Source: Gammaproteobacteria bacterium (GTDB lineage Bacteria; Pseudomonadota; Gammaproteobacteria; JBCCGL01). From it: 64,000 nt of DNA. The translations under genes and the position numbers were made by a program. Positions 9,672 through 20,004 of the stretch are shown piece after piece; the stretch's first letter is position 1; every line of letters starts with the position of its first letter. The DNA is taken from positions 2,816,001 through 2,880,000 of the forward strand of contig OZ255836.1 in assembly GCA_965277715.1 (NCBI GenBank). Direction: 5' to 3'. Under the pieces are notes generated by a model. It was not told the origin of the DNA and ran no database searches. It worked only from the letters and a program-made list of their open reading frames with translations.

Positions 9672-9945
9672 CTATCCGGTATCAGCAGCAATTACCCTGT
9701 GAGATAACGCCTTCCAATAACGTGATTCAAAATGCTGGGTGTTGTTTAGCCAGTTCTCTCTGTCAATGTTGAGTCGTTGCAATATTGGCGGCAGGTCTTG
9801 AGCAATATAGCCCCGCTTGTCTTGCCGAATAGCTCTACCTGTCCAGTCAACTAAAGTCAGATAGTCAGTAAAACTTAGCGGAATGCCGGTAGACGTGTCG
9901 TTAAATGGTCTCGGAGAAATGCAGAAGTGGTTTTAATGGGGCATT
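9672..9945 (-). pseudogene. C-terminal remnant of a long Y1/RAYT-type transposase
   Basis: Minus strand reads GIPLSFTDYLTLVDWTGRAIRQDKRGYIAQDLPPILQRL, characteristic of marine gammaproteobacterial Y1 transposases; no intact 5' part. Confidence 0.65.
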
Positions 9946-10025
9946 GAACTGCTGTAGTTCTTCAAAGAGTTTGTTTATGCCTGTCCCAGGAATTCAGCAA
10001 TTTGCACAGGCAGCTTAGAAAGGGT

Positions 10026-11030
10026 CTATAACAACACGCTAATGCACGTATCAAGAAATGTATGAAACCCCGGCTGATTCCCCGGATTAGCCACACAATG
10101 CCCCCAGGGCGTATCAAAAACACGCAGTTCTGCATTGGGCATATGCTGCACTTCAATGGCGTTATCCTCTGGCGGAAAATACAAATCAGAACTGCTCGGC
10201 AATAAAATTGCCTTGGCTTTAATCGCATTTAACGCTGCAACAAAGTCCCCCTGATACAACACATTCGCGCTGATATCCCCCTGCTGCCAGGTGTCTAGTT
10301 TGGCCAGTAGATTATTCGCATCCCAGTTGTTGGCGTGGTCCTCGGCCCAGTCGTCGAGCAACTCATCAAATGTCTCGAACCCCAACCTCTGGTAAAGACC
10401 TTCACGGTAAAACGTTTGCGAAAATGCCCAGCCCGCATACACCCGGCCAAACGCCTGCAAACCCGCCAGCGGTGGCGCGGTGTAATCACCACCGCGCCAG
10501 TTACTGTCTGCCTGCAAGGCGGCTTTGACGCCCTCTAAAAAGACGATATTGTGCGGAGAGGTTTTCGCCGAGGCACAAAAGGGCAGAATAGCCTGCACCA
10601 TATCGGGGTATTGTGCCGCCCACTGGTAGGCCTGGCAGCCCGCCATCGACCACCCTGCCACCAGCGCAATGCGTTTCACACCGAGCACCTCGGTCAGCAG
10701 TGTGTGCTGGCAACCGACGTTGTCCCATAGGGTAACACGCGGAAAGCGCGGGCCATCACAGGGGGCCGGAGTGTTGCTCGGCGACGACGATAAACCGTTG
10801 CCAAACAGATTGACCGAGACGATGAAATGCCGTGCTGGGTCGATTGCCCGGCCCGTGCCGAAGAAACCTTCATTGCGAATGTGTGAGCCGGTATAAAACG
10901 TCGGCAGTAACACGACGTTATCACCCGCCGCGTTTAATTCACCGTAGGTTTTATACGCCAGAAAGGCACCGGGCAATACTTCGCCGGATTGCAATTCAAT
11001 GTCACCCAGTGAGTAGGTTTGGTGGTCCAC
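10026..11030 (-). CDS. Alpha/beta hydrolase, homoserine O-acetyltransferase (MetX)-like
   Basis: LAYKTYGELN, AGWSMAG nucleophile elbow, SDLYFPP acid and WGH histidine motifs. Confidence 0.85.
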   Translation of the reverse strand: MDHQTYSLGDIELQSGEVLPGAFLAYKTYGELNAAGDNVVLLPTFYTGSHIRNEGFFGTGRAIDPARHFIVSVNLFGNGLSSSPSNTPAPCDGPRFPRVTLWDNVGCQHTLLTEVLGVKRIALVAGWSMAGCQAYQWAAQYPDMVQAILPFCASAKTSPHNIVFLEGVKAALQADSNWRGGDYTAPPLAGLQAFGRVYAGWAFSQTFYREGLYQRLGFETFDELLDDWAEDHANNWDANNLLAKLDTWQQGDISANVLYQGDFVAALNAIKAKAILLPSSSDLYFPPEDNAIEVQHMPNAELRVFDTPWGHCVANPGNQPGFHTFLDTCISVLL

Positions 11031-11042
11031 GATGCATGTTAC

Positions 11043-12509
11043 TCAGTAGAGGCGCAGGTATTCGGCCACTTCCCAGTCGGTTACTGTCTGGTGATAGCGC
11101 TCCCACTCGTCAACTTTATAGGCGAGGTAGGATTTCAGCATGGTTGGCCCCATTACCCGCTCAATCAATCTATCGTCTTTGAGGTGTTCGAGCGCCAGCA
11201 TTAAATTGCGCGGTAGACGGCGAATACCCCGGGCCGCCATTTCCTCATCGCTAAGGGCGTACAGGTCAAAATCACTCGGCTCACCCGGCTCGGTTTTATT
11301 GCTGATGCCCTCCATTACTGCCGCCAGGGTAATGCTCAGTGACAGGTAGACGTTCATACACATATCGGCGGCCCGGTTTTCGATACAGAACCGGTTCTGT
11401 GGCAGCCGGAACTGGGCCGAACGGTTGTTGTGGCCGTAGGTAATATTGGTCGGCGCCCAGGTGACTGTGCCCCCTTCAAAGCCACCTACACGCGGCACTA
11501 GGCCATTATAGGAGTTGACTGTGGGGCAGGTGATGGCGGTTAGCGCATCCGAGTGTGCCAACAGACCGCCCACGGCGTAGCGCGATGTTTCAGACCAGCC
11601 GTTATTGCCGTCTTCAAAGACATTTTCACCGGGGTTATCCACCCTTTGCAGGGAGAAGTTGATGTGCGCGCCAGAGCGCCAGTCACCTGTAGTCGGTTTG
11701 GGCATAAAGGTGATAAACATGCCGTGATCTTTGGCAACTTCTTTCAGCAATACCCGCAGGAACACCAGGCGGTCGGCCATTTCGAGTAAGTGGGTATAGT
11801 GAAAATCCAGCTCAAATTGTGAATAAGCCCCCTCTGCCACTACATCGTGCAGGTTCCAGCCCAGCTCTTCGAGAATATCGATCAGGTCTTTCAAAAACGG
11901 CATCGAGTCGATAGAGTATTCGACATCGTAGCCAAATGCCTGGCGGCGCAATTTCGTGCCATTGGGCAGGGTGTCATCGTCCAGCGCCTTGACTGGTCTG
12001 CCATCGTCGTCCATGCGCATGGCGATAAATTCCGGCTCGATGCCTGCGTAACCCATATAGCCCGCATCTGCCGCTTCTTTAATCGTGCGTTTTAGCGTCT
12101 GCCGTGGGCATAGATTGTAGGGTTTACCCTCCCACCATAAATCCGCCATTACCCAGGCACAGGTTTGGTCCCAGGGGCAAATTACCAGGCTATCGAGGTC
12201 TGGCAGTGGCACTTGGTCTGAGTCTGCCGGGCTGAGCTCCGGCACAAATGAAATGGAATGCACCGCAAACTGTGGCCCCTTGCCCATGCACAGCGCTTCA
12301 AAGTCGCTGATCGGTACCGGCTTGGTTTTTGGAATACCAAATAAATCGATCCAGGCGGACAGGATGTACTTAACCCCCGCCGCCTCCAGCGCCGACTTCG
12401 CCTCCTGGACACGCTCTATCGATGGCAGCGCATCGGTGAAATTCTCTACATACTCAGACATGGTTTTTGGTTCCTCTTGGTTTTGGTAGGTATTATCAGG
12501 ATTCGTCAC
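11043..12509 (-). CDS. Glutamine synthetase family protein (probable gamma-glutamyl ligase)
   Basis: GIEPEF, QFELDF, TFMPKP, SGAHINFS, NNRSAQFR and IENRAAD motifs; true start may be MSEY near 12461. Confidence 0.9.
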   Translation of the reverse strand: MTNPDNTYQNQEEPKTMSEYVENFTDALPSIERVQEAKSALEAAGVKYILSAWIDLFGIPKTKPVPISDFEALCMGKGPQFAVHSISFVPELSPADSDQVPLPDLDSLVICPWDQTCAWVMADLWWEGKPYNLCPRQTLKRTIKEAADAGYMGYAGIEPEFIAMRMDDDGRPVKALDDDTLPNGTKLRRQAFGYDVEYSIDSMPFLKDLIDILEELGWNLHDVVAEGAYSQFELDFHYTHLLEMADRLVFLRVLLKEVAKDHGMFITFMPKPTTGDWRSGAHINFSLQRVDNPGENVFEDGNNGWSETSRYAVGGLLAHSDALTAITCPTVNSYNGLVPRVGGFEGGTVTWAPTNITYGHNNRSAQFRLPQNRFCIENRAADMCMNVYLSLSITLAAVMEGISNKTEPGEPSDFDLYALSDEEMAARGIRRLPRNLMLALEHLKDDRLIERVMGPTMLKSYLAYKVDEWERYHQTVTDWEVAEYLRLY

Positions 12510-12916
12510 TCCGGGCTTAGAGGGGGCTTAAGCACCTTAGACACGCTCGTTACGATTCAACTGAGTAATTTAGGATTATAGATTGGCAAAAAAAGCAATT
12601 TCCATAATACCAACTGCCTGGGGCTTGTCAAAATCAAAGGTTTTCCTTGACACATTGCCGTATCATACAGGCAATGCTCTGAATCTACTGTAGCGCTTGG
12701 GGGAAACGCAGTTGCTGAATGCCTGCGCAAGCCTTTGCATGACATTCAGCCGTGGAACAGTCCTGAATCCGACAGGCTACTAATATTGACGTTTTATTTT
12801 CAAGCGGGTATTTCTATTTTGGTAACACATTCTTACGAACGGATAAATTTTTTTTGCTGCGCAGTGAATTTACGCATAGGTGGTTTTCTGGCAGGTGAGC
12901 ATGAGGCATTACAACA

Positions 12917-14644
12917 ATGCATCTAAAGACAGAAAATATTACTTTATGCTTGGCAGTTCTGTTGTTGTTGGCTGCCGCTGTCAGTTATTGGTTTGGCCCC
13001 GACAGGCAATCCAATTACCAATCGAACATTGATGCCATTCGCAGCCTTCAGCAGTTGGATAGCCAGTGGAGTATCGCCACCTTGCGTGCGCAGTCCGCTA
13101 TTGCGTCGGGTGTTGACGAAACGGCAGGCATTCTTTCCCAGGTGCGTGGATACAAAAAAGCGTTGATTGAGAGTGAGCTGGGTAGCACATTGGTCCCCAG
13201 TGCACTGAACAATCAATTGTTTGCTTTTCTTTCATTGCTGGACGCAAAGGAGGAGGCGGTTGAAGCGTTTAAATCCAATCTGGCCGTTATGCGTAGCGCC
13301 ATTAAGCATTTGCCAATTGCCTCGCAGGTATTGGTCGACAGCGCACAGAAGAATGGTTACTTCGTGTTATCCCAGCAGGCTGAGTCGATATCGGTTGCCT
13401 TGCAGCGCTATCTCCAGTCACCCAGTCAGGAGGGCCAGAGTGATATAAGGCAGCGCCTGCTTTCACTGCGGGAACACAGTGTCAGCTACCCACCCGAACA
13501 GGCGAACCCGGTGGCTAATATGCTTTCTCATATTGAGGTGTTACTGGATAGAAAAATACCTACAGATCAATTGCTTGAGCGCGCCACGAGCAATGCTGCG
13601 ACAAAAGAGGCCGCCCAGCTTATTGAAATGTATCGTGGTTTTGAGCAACACCGCAGGAGTGAGAGAGAAATCTTTGCATGGGTGCCATACGGTATTATTT
13701 TTGTATTGTTTATCTTGTTGCTGGTTTCGAGGGCCTGCTCGGTTTTAGCTAAATCCCGGTGGAAAGAAAGCGAACACAACAAGCAAAATGCCCCACTGGA
13801 CAATATGACCCCCCTGGTGCAGGTGCAAGATCAGAATGCGTTACCCGATTATCTTTTACAGGATTATTCATTACCCGTGGAGGACTCTCCTCTGCCAGAT
13901 GAATCAGATAAACCAGATAAACCAGGTGAACCGTATGAATTAGATGAACCCTATGAACCAGGTGAGCCGTATGAACTAGATGAACCCTATGAGCCAGGTG
14001 AATCAGGTCAACCGGACGAGCCAAGTGAACCAGATGATTTGGATGGGCTAAATGAATCAGGTGAGTTGGGCGAATTAGATGAATTAGACGCGCTCGATAT
14101 ATCGGTTGATCTCGATGGTGATGAAGCAGAGCCAGGGCTGGAATCAGAACCAGAGGCAGATAAACACGCCGTTGGCAAGTACTTTAATGTAAACGACAAT
14201 ATCGAGCAGGCATTGCAGATACTGGATTCCACTATTCAGCCCTATGCGTTAATTCGCAAGGTAATTGAGCCATTAGAGGATCTGCAAGGCTCGCCGGATG
14301 ACATGCTTGAAATCTGGATCAACCTGTTGAGTAATGCGGTGGAAGCAATACAGCGCGCCGATAGGGGCACGAAGGGCATGATTGCCATTGATACGTGTGA
14401 AAAGGACGGTTATATCGACGTGCTGATTCGCGATAATGGTATTGGTATGGCAGAAGACCTGGGCGATGAAATATTTCAACCGTCCTACACAACCAAGCAG
14501 GAGGAAGGGGCGGGCATGGGCCTCACCTGGGTTCAGCAGGTTGTCGACAATTACAACGGAAAAATAGTTTACAAATCGATTGCCGGCAAAGGTTCGGCAT
14601 TTAAGGTGTCACTGCCACTGGATGAAGTATCGGCCAGTGGCTAG
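12917..14644 (+). CDS. Membrane sensor histidine-kinase-like protein (all-helical DAHL-like sensor, acidic linker, HATPase_c)
   Basis: Two TM helices; N box NLLSNAVEA, G1 DNGIGM, F box IFQPSYTTK, G2 GAGMGL. Confidence 0.8.
   Translation: MHLKTENITLCLAVLLLLAAAVSYWFGPDRQSNYQSNIDAIRSLQQLDSQWSIATLRAQSAIASGVDETAGILSQVRGYKKALIESELGSTLVPSALNNQLFAFLSLLDAKEEAVEAFKSNLAVMRSAIKHLPIASQVLVDSAQKNGYFVLSQQAESISVALQRYLQSPSQEGQSDIRQRLLSLREHSVSYPPEQANPVANMLSHIEVLLDRKIPTDQLLERATSNAATKEAAQLIEMYRGFEQHRRSEREIFAWVPYGIIFVLFILLLVSRACSVLAKSRWKESEHNKQNAPLDNMTPLVQVQDQNALPDYLLQDYSLPVEDSPLPDESDKPDKPGEPYELDEPYEPGEPYELDEPYEPGESGQPDEPSEPDDLDGLNESGELGELDELDALDISVDLDGDEAEPGLESEPEADKHAVGKYFNVNDNIEQALQILDSTIQPYALIRKVIEPLEDLQGSPDDMLEIWINLLSNAVEAIQRADRGTKGMIAIDTCEKDGYIDVLIRDNGIGMAEDLGDEIFQPSYTTKQEEGAGMGLTWVQQVVDNYNGKIVYKSIAGKGSAFKVSLPLDEVSASG
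13922..14002 (+). repeat. 36-bp coding tandem repeat (PGEPYELDEPYE, about 2.3 copies)
   Basis: CCAGGTGARCCGTATGAAYTAGATGAACCCTATGAR repeated in tandem. Confidence 0.85.
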
Positions 14645-14698
14645 GGTGTGCTTTTATAGGCATCCGATAGGTTGCCAAAGGTCTATTGCGCCAGCCGA

Positions 14699-15280
14699 TC
14701 AATCAGTCTTGCGCCACTGCCAGCCGATCAGCAACACCAATATAGCGTAAACCAGCCCGGCAACCGCCCCATACAGGTGGGCGTCGACGATAACATTGCC
14801 ACCAGCGGCTTCCGCTGACCCCGGTAGCGGCCCCGCCCACTGTTCCCATACCAGTTTACCGGTAACGCAGAGCAACAGCACCGCGCCAAAACCACGCGCA
14901 TAGGTGGCGGTTGCCGCCACCGCACCGGCGATGATTAAACCGTGGAGCGCGCCTGAAAAACCCACATACCAATCCAGCCCGGGGTTTAGCAGTAGCAACC
15001 CCAGGCTAACCCCCAAGGCGCTGATTAGGATGATAAGCAGCCATTGCCACGCCGGGTATAAATGCCCAAACAATTGGTAGATCAGCCCCAGCCCCAGCAT
15101 ATTAAGCATCCAGTGCGATCCGTTCAGGTGGATAAAGTGTGCACTGAGCAATCGCCAAAACTCGCCATCCGACAACAGCGTGCGCTGGTAGCGCAACCAT
15201 TCAATATTGCCCACGGTTTGCAGACACAGGCAGGTCAATACCACCAACAGTGGCGGCCACCAGGCGGTTAAGCCAATCAT
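14699..15280 (-). CDS. Rhombosortase (GlyGly-CTERM rhomboid protease)
   Basis: [25 protein letters not shown] and DAHLYGA motifs; likely start ATG 15280. Confidence 0.85.
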   Translation of the reverse strand: MIGLTAWWPPLLVVLTCLCLQTVGNIEWLRYQRTLLSDGEFWRLLSAHFIHLNGSHWMLNMLGLGLIYQLFGHLYPAWQWLLIILISALGVSLGLLLLNPGLDWYVGFSGALHGLIIAGAVAATATYARGFGAVLLLCVTGKLVWEQWAGPLPGSAEAAGGNVIVDAHLYGAVAGLVYAILVLLIGWQWRKTD

Positions 15281-15307
15281 TAAAGGTTTTTTTGGCCTGG
15301 CCGATGA
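15281..15307 (+). promoter_or_regulatory. Sigma28 (FliA)-type promoter of the MCP gene
   Basis: TAAA-N15-GCCGATGA about 50 bp upstream of the MCP start. Confidence 0.7.
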
Positions 15308-15357
15308 ACCCGCATTATGTATTCGCATATAAAAAATTGTACGGAGAGTCACCGAAA

Positions 15358-17685
15358 ATGTCGATGAAACAAAAACTGATGTTAACTCTGGTGCTGCTGG
15401 CATCGGTTCCGATGCTGGTCTCGGTGGTGGCAGGAACCTGGTTTGCCCGCGATATTGCCGGTAGTTTATTGATTGAGCAGGCTGAGGATAAGCTGACTTC
15501 GGTACGCGAATTCAAAAAGCGTGCCGTAGAGGATTTCTTTGCCAATATACGCGGGCAAATAGCCACATTTTCTGAAAACAGTACCGTCGTTGAGGCGGCA
15601 GTAAGGTTCGGTGAAGCCTATGGCGGCTTTAATTTTGAGGCGGGTGCGCTTGATCTCGCCAAGCTGCGCACCGGGCTGGAGCGTTTTTACCGTGACGAGT
15701 TTGGCAGAAAATATCAACGTGTAAACCCTGGCAGCACGATGCAGGCGAGTGCGTTGATGGCAAATCTAAGCGACAATACTATTGCCCTGCAAGCACACTA
15801 TATCAGTGAGAATACCTACCCACTGGGAGAGAAAGACAAATTATTGCGCGCAAAGGATTTATCGCTGTACAGCACGTTGCACGCAATTTACCACCCGCAG
15901 TTACAGCATTTTTTGGAAACGTTTGGTTACTACGATATTTTTATCGTTCACCCAGAGACCGGTAACGTGGTGTACTCGGTATTTAAAGAGCTGGATTTTG
16001 CCACCTCGCTGATCGATGGCCCCTATGCCAACACGGGCATAGGCGAGGCATTTCGGGCAGCCAATGCCGCGACAGATAAAAACTTTGTCTACCTGAGCGA
16101 CTTTGGTTACTACACCCCCTCCTACGAAGACCCCGCCTCGTTTATTGCCTCGCCGATTTTTGATCACTCCGGGAAAGTGGGCATATTGATCTTCCAGATT
16201 CCATCAGTGACATTGAACGCCATTATGACTAACGATAATGAATGGCAACGGGTCGGGCTTGGCGAATCGGGCGAGACGTACTTGGTCGGTGCAGATAAAA
16301 CCATGCGCTCCACCAGCCGGTTCCTGGTGGAAACCCCGCAGGCTTATTTACAGTCGATGCGTGAAGCGGGTTTAGATGAACGAAAACGGGCAACTATAGA
16401 GGCTAAAAACATATCCAGCCTGTTGCAACCGGCCAATACGGTTGGTGTGCAAAAAGCACTCAACGGTGAGACAGGGTTTGAAATTTTTCCCGATTACCGG
16501 GGAATCCCAGTGTTGTCGGCGTACACCAAGCTGGATATCCCCGATCTGGACTGGGTGATTCTCAGTGAGATGGACGAGCGCGAGGCATTTGCACCGGCAC
16601 AATACCTGTCGCAAACACTGCTTATTTCGTCGGTTAGCGTCGCCGGCCTGATGTTGGGTGTGGCGGTGTTGCTCGGCTGGTGGTTTACCGTGCGCCTGAC
16701 CAGCCCCATTCAGCGGCTCGAACATGAAATTGGTGAGATTGAAGCACACTCCGATCTGTCCCGGCGCCTGCACAGTAATAAGGGGGATGTCACCAATGGT
16801 ATTGTCGCGTCGTTGAACAATATGCTGGGAAAACTCAACGGGATTGTCAGTATGGTGGCACAGAGTAGTGTATCGATGGCCGATGCCTCATCGCATATGT
16901 CTGATATCAGCACGGTGACCAGCAAGGATGTACTCAAACAAAAACAGGAAACCGACCGGGTCGCCGAGGCCATGCAAAAAATGACCGGCACAGTGGCCGA
17001 TGTCGCCGCCAATGCCGACGATGCCAATAGCGCGGCCAAAGAGGCCAATACCCAGGCCAACCAAGGTAATAACGTTGTTATTTCGGCGACCCAATCGATC
17101 ACCGAGCTGGCGGGCGAAGTGCAGCGCGCCTCAGACGTGATCGCCAGGCTCGCCAACGAAACCGACAATATTGGCGGTGTGCTGGATGTGATTCGGGGCA
17201 TTGCCGAGCAAACCAATTTACTGGCGCTAAATGCCGCGATTGAGGCGGCCCGTGCCGGTGAACAGGGGCGGGGGTTTGCCGTCGTCGCCGATGAAGTGCG
17301 CACCCTGGCCAGCCGCACGCAGGAGTCCACCGAAGAAATTCAAAAGATGATCGAAGGCCTGCAAACGGGCGCACGCGATGCGGTGTCGGTCATGGAGCAC
17401 GGGCAGCAACAGGTGCAGGTCAGCGTGGCGCAGGCCAATGAAGCCTCGGAGGCATTGCAAAAAATTACCCGAGCAATGGCTGAGATTACGCGTATGAATG
17501 AGCAGATCGCGGCGGCTTCTGGTGAGCAGCGCGTGGTGACTGACGATGTCACCCGTAGTATCGACAGTATTTCCACCATCTCCGACAGTACGACCAGCAA
17601 CGCACAGCAAACCGAGCAGGCCAGTGTCGAGCTAAACCGTTTGTCCAGTGATTTGAAATTGGCGGTGGAACAGTTCAGGTTGTAG
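15358..17685 (+). CDS. Methyl-accepting chemotaxis protein with Cache-type sensor
   Basis: [34 protein letters not shown] signalling motif, two TMs, HAMP-like segment; GGAG before ATG 15358. Confidence 0.95.
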   Translation: MSMKQKLMLTLVLLASVPMLVSVVAGTWFARDIAGSLLIEQAEDKLTSVREFKKRAVEDFFANIRGQIATFSENSTVVEAAVRFGEAYGGFNFEAGALDLAKLRTGLERFYRDEFGRKYQRVNPGSTMQASALMANLSDNTIALQAHYISENTYPLGEKDKLLRAKDLSLYSTLHAIYHPQLQHFLETFGYYDIFIVHPETGNVVYSVFKELDFATSLIDGPYANTGIGEAFRAANAATDKNFVYLSDFGYYTPSYEDPASFIASPIFDHSGKVGILIFQIPSVTLNAIMTNDNEWQRVGLGESGETYLVGADKTMRSTSRFLVETPQAYLQSMREAGLDERKRATIEAKNISSLLQPANTVGVQKALNGETGFEIFPDYRGIPVLSAYTKLDIPDLDWVILSEMDEREAFAPAQYLSQTLLISSVSVAGLMLGVAVLLGWWFTVRLTSPIQRLEHEIGEIEAHSDLSRRLHSNKGDVTNGIVASLNNMLGKLNGIVSMVAQSSVSMADASSHMSDISTVTSKDVLKQKQETDRVAEAMQKMTGTVADVAANADDANSAAKEANTQANQGNNVVISATQSITELAGEVQRASDVIARLANETDNIGGVLDVIRGIAEQTNLLALNAAIEAARAGEQGRGFAVVADEVRTLASRTQESTEEIQKMIEGLQTGARDAVSVMEHGQQQVQVSVAQANEASEALQKITRAMAEITRMNEQIAAASGEQRVVTDDVTRSIDSISTISDSTTSNAQQTEQASVELNRLSSDLKLAVEQFRL

Positions 17686-17867
17686 TGGAAATCGTTGGGC
17701 GCTAAAACTGTATGATTGGTAACTATTGGCGATACAGGGCACTGCACTGTTCGTGATATTCTGGTAAATTGCTGAGATTAAATACACTTTGCACGATCTT
17801 CTGACGTTCTCTTGGTGAGCGCGTGTGAAGCAACGGAACATAAAGATAGCATTGAATTGGAACCAAC

Positions 17868-18311
17868 ATGACCAGAAAAACACCTGAAAAATGCCCCCGT
17901 CGGCAACACGGCTTTACCCTGATTGAAATCATGGTTGTGGTAACCATTCTAGCGATACTGGGTGCCACTGTGGTGCCGTTGATTCTCGACCGCCCGGATC
18001 AGGCGCGAGTGGCTAAAGCCACTCAGGACATCCGCGCTATCGAAGCGGCGCTGGATCTGTATAAGCTCGATAACTTCAACTACCCCACCTCCGATCAGGG
18101 CTTGCAGGCGCTGGTCGAACCGCCCAGCGATGGCGCCCCCAACTGGAAAGACGGTGGCTACCTAAAAAAAATACCCAAAGACCCGTGGGGGCGTGACTAT
18201 CTGTTTCTCAGTCCGGGTGAAAATGGGCCGATAGACATCTACTCACTGGGCAGGGACGGTGCATCCGGTGGCGAGGGGTTCGATGCAGATATTGGCAACT
18301 TCACCCTGTAA
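17868..18311 (+). CDS. gspG: T2SS major pseudopilin
   Basis: GFTLIEIMVV, LDLYKLDN-YPT, KDPWG and YSLGRDG motifs. Confidence 0.95.
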   Translation: MTRKTPEKCPRRQHGFTLIEIMVVVTILAILGATVVPLILDRPDQARVAKATQDIRAIEAALDLYKLDNFNYPTSDQGLQALVEPPSDGAPNWKDGGYLKKIPKDPWGRDYLFLSPGENGPIDIYSLGRDGASGGEGFDADIGNFTL

Positions 18312-18360
18312 CGATTGAATATCCACGACAAGGCACGCGTATTGCTGTGTAGGGCACGTT

Positions 18361-18957
18361 ATGCGGGTATCGGTTCAACGCGGCTTTACCTTAATTGAGC
18401 TACTGGTGGTGGTGACGGCCATCTCGATTTTGTCGGGTATGGCGGTGGTGAGTTTGAATATTGGTGGATACGATGACCAATTGCGCGATGAGGCGCGCCG
18501 GTTGTTTGCCCTCACCCGTATCGCTGCCGACGATGCGATTTTTAAATCCGCCCAGCTCGGTGTGCGTTTCACCCACAGCGAGTACACCTTCTACACATTG
18601 CAGGACACACCACCCGATGCCCCCGATACCAACTTTGGTGCTCAGGACGATAACGACGCGGTGGTACGTCGCTGGGTCGCGACCGAAGATCACGCGCAAT
18701 TGCACACCCGCGAGTGGCCCGAGGACATCAAACTGGAAGTGTTTGTCGAGGGCTTGCCCATCGTGCTCGACGAGCAACGCGATGCAAAAGCCGAGGCAGA
18801 TAAAACCGATTTTCGCCCCCACCTGATCTTTTTATCCAACGGCGAGGTATTGCCCGATGTCGAAGTGCGCCTGGGCAGCACAGAATCGGAAAAAACCTGG
18901 CGTGTCGGTATCGGTGAAGACGGGGTGCTGGCCTACGGGTTGGTGGACGAATCGTGA
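18361..18957 (+). CDS. gspH: T2SS minor pseudopilin H
   Basis: GFTLIELLVV prepilin site; position in operon. Confidence 0.9.
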   Translation: MRVSVQRGFTLIELLVVVTAISILSGMAVVSLNIGGYDDQLRDEARRLFALTRIAADDAIFKSAQLGVRFTHSEYTFYTLQDTPPDAPDTNFGAQDDNDAVVRRWVATEDHAQLHTREWPEDIKLEVFVEGLPIVLDEQRDAKAEADKTDFRPHLIFLSNGEVLPDVEVRLGSTESEKTWRVGIGEDGVLAYGLVDES

Positions 18958-19370
18958 CACAACATTGGCGACAAACCGGTTTCACGTTGATTGAAGTGTT
19001 GGTGGCCCTGGCGATTCTGGCGATAGCGATGGCGGCATTGACCTATGCGGCGGGGGGCAACACCGCCAACGCCAGCCACCTGCGTGACCGCACCATTGGC
19101 ATGTGGGTGGCGGAAAACCGGCTGGCCGAGCTGCGCATCAGTAAAGACTGGGTGGACATCGGCGCCCAGACCGGCGAGATGGAAATGGCCGGGCACAACT
19201 GGCACTGGCGCACCGTTACCGAAAAAATCGCCAACGAAGAGACACAGGAATTTATGCGGGCTGTCACCGTCGAGGTGCGTGTCAACCCCAAGCAAAAGAC
19301 CCCCAGCGCGACCCTGCATGGTTTTGTCGGCAACCCGCGCTTTAGTAGCACCGGGACGTTGACTAATTAA
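18954..19370 (+). CDS. gspI: T2SS minor pseudopilin I
   Basis: GFTLIEVLVALAI and WVAENRLAEL motifs. Confidence 0.92.
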   Translation: MTQHWRQTGFTLIEVLVALAILAIAMAALTYAAGGNTANASHLRDRTIGMWVAENRLAELRISKDWVDIGAQTGEMEMAGHNWHWRTVTEKIANEETQEFMRAVTVEVRVNPKQKTPSATLHGFVGNPRFSSTGTLTN

Positions 19371-19371
19371 C

Positions 19372-20004
19372 ATGCCTTTCAATAACCGCCAAGCGCCGGT
19401 TTATCGCCATAGGCAAACCGGCTTCACGTTGTTAGAGCTGTTGGTGGCCTCGGCTATTTTTGCGGTGGTCAGCGCGATCAGTTACACCGGCTGGTCTGAT
19501 ATACAGCGAATCACCAGCGGCACCCAGGCACAGGCGCAGCGCCTGGATGAATTGCAACGCGCCTGGTACTGGATCGCGGAGGACTTTGAACAGGCCGTCG
19601 ACCGCCCGGTGCGTGAACAACTCGGCAGTGCACTGGATGCTTTTGTTTTCAGTGAGGTGGGTGATTTTCAGCTTGAATTCAGCCGGGGTGGCTGGAGTAA
19701 CCCCGCCGCCGATATTCTGCCCGGTCGCAGCAGCCTGCAACGGGTTGCCTACAGCGTCGAGGAAAAGAAACTCTACCGGCACCATTGGTATCACCTGGAC
19801 CGCTTCGATACCGAGTCAAAAAAACGCCGCTTATTACTCTCCGGGGTAGAGTCGTTTTCGCTGCGGTTTATGGACGATGACAATGCCTGGCGCGACAGTT
19901 GGCCCGTGCAGGCTGAAGACTCCGCACCCCTGCCCAAAGCGGTGGAATTCAAAATTGAACTGGCGGGAATGGGTGAAATCATACGCCTGTTTGTTGTGCC
20001 GTGA
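19372..20004 (+). CDS. gspJ: T2SS minor pseudopilin J
   Basis: GFTLLELLVA, RGGWSNP, LQRVAY and LPKAVE motifs. Confidence 0.92.
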   Translation: MPFNNRQAPVYRHRQTGFTLLELLVASAIFAVVSAISYTGWSDIQRITSGTQAQAQRLDELQRAWYWIAEDFEQAVDRPVREQLGSALDAFVFSEVGDFQLEFSRGGWSNPAADILPGRSSLQRVAYSVEEKKLYRHHWYHLDRFDTESKKRRLLLSGVESFSLRFMDDDNAWRDSWPVQAEDSAPLPKAVEFKIELAGMGEIIRLFVVP

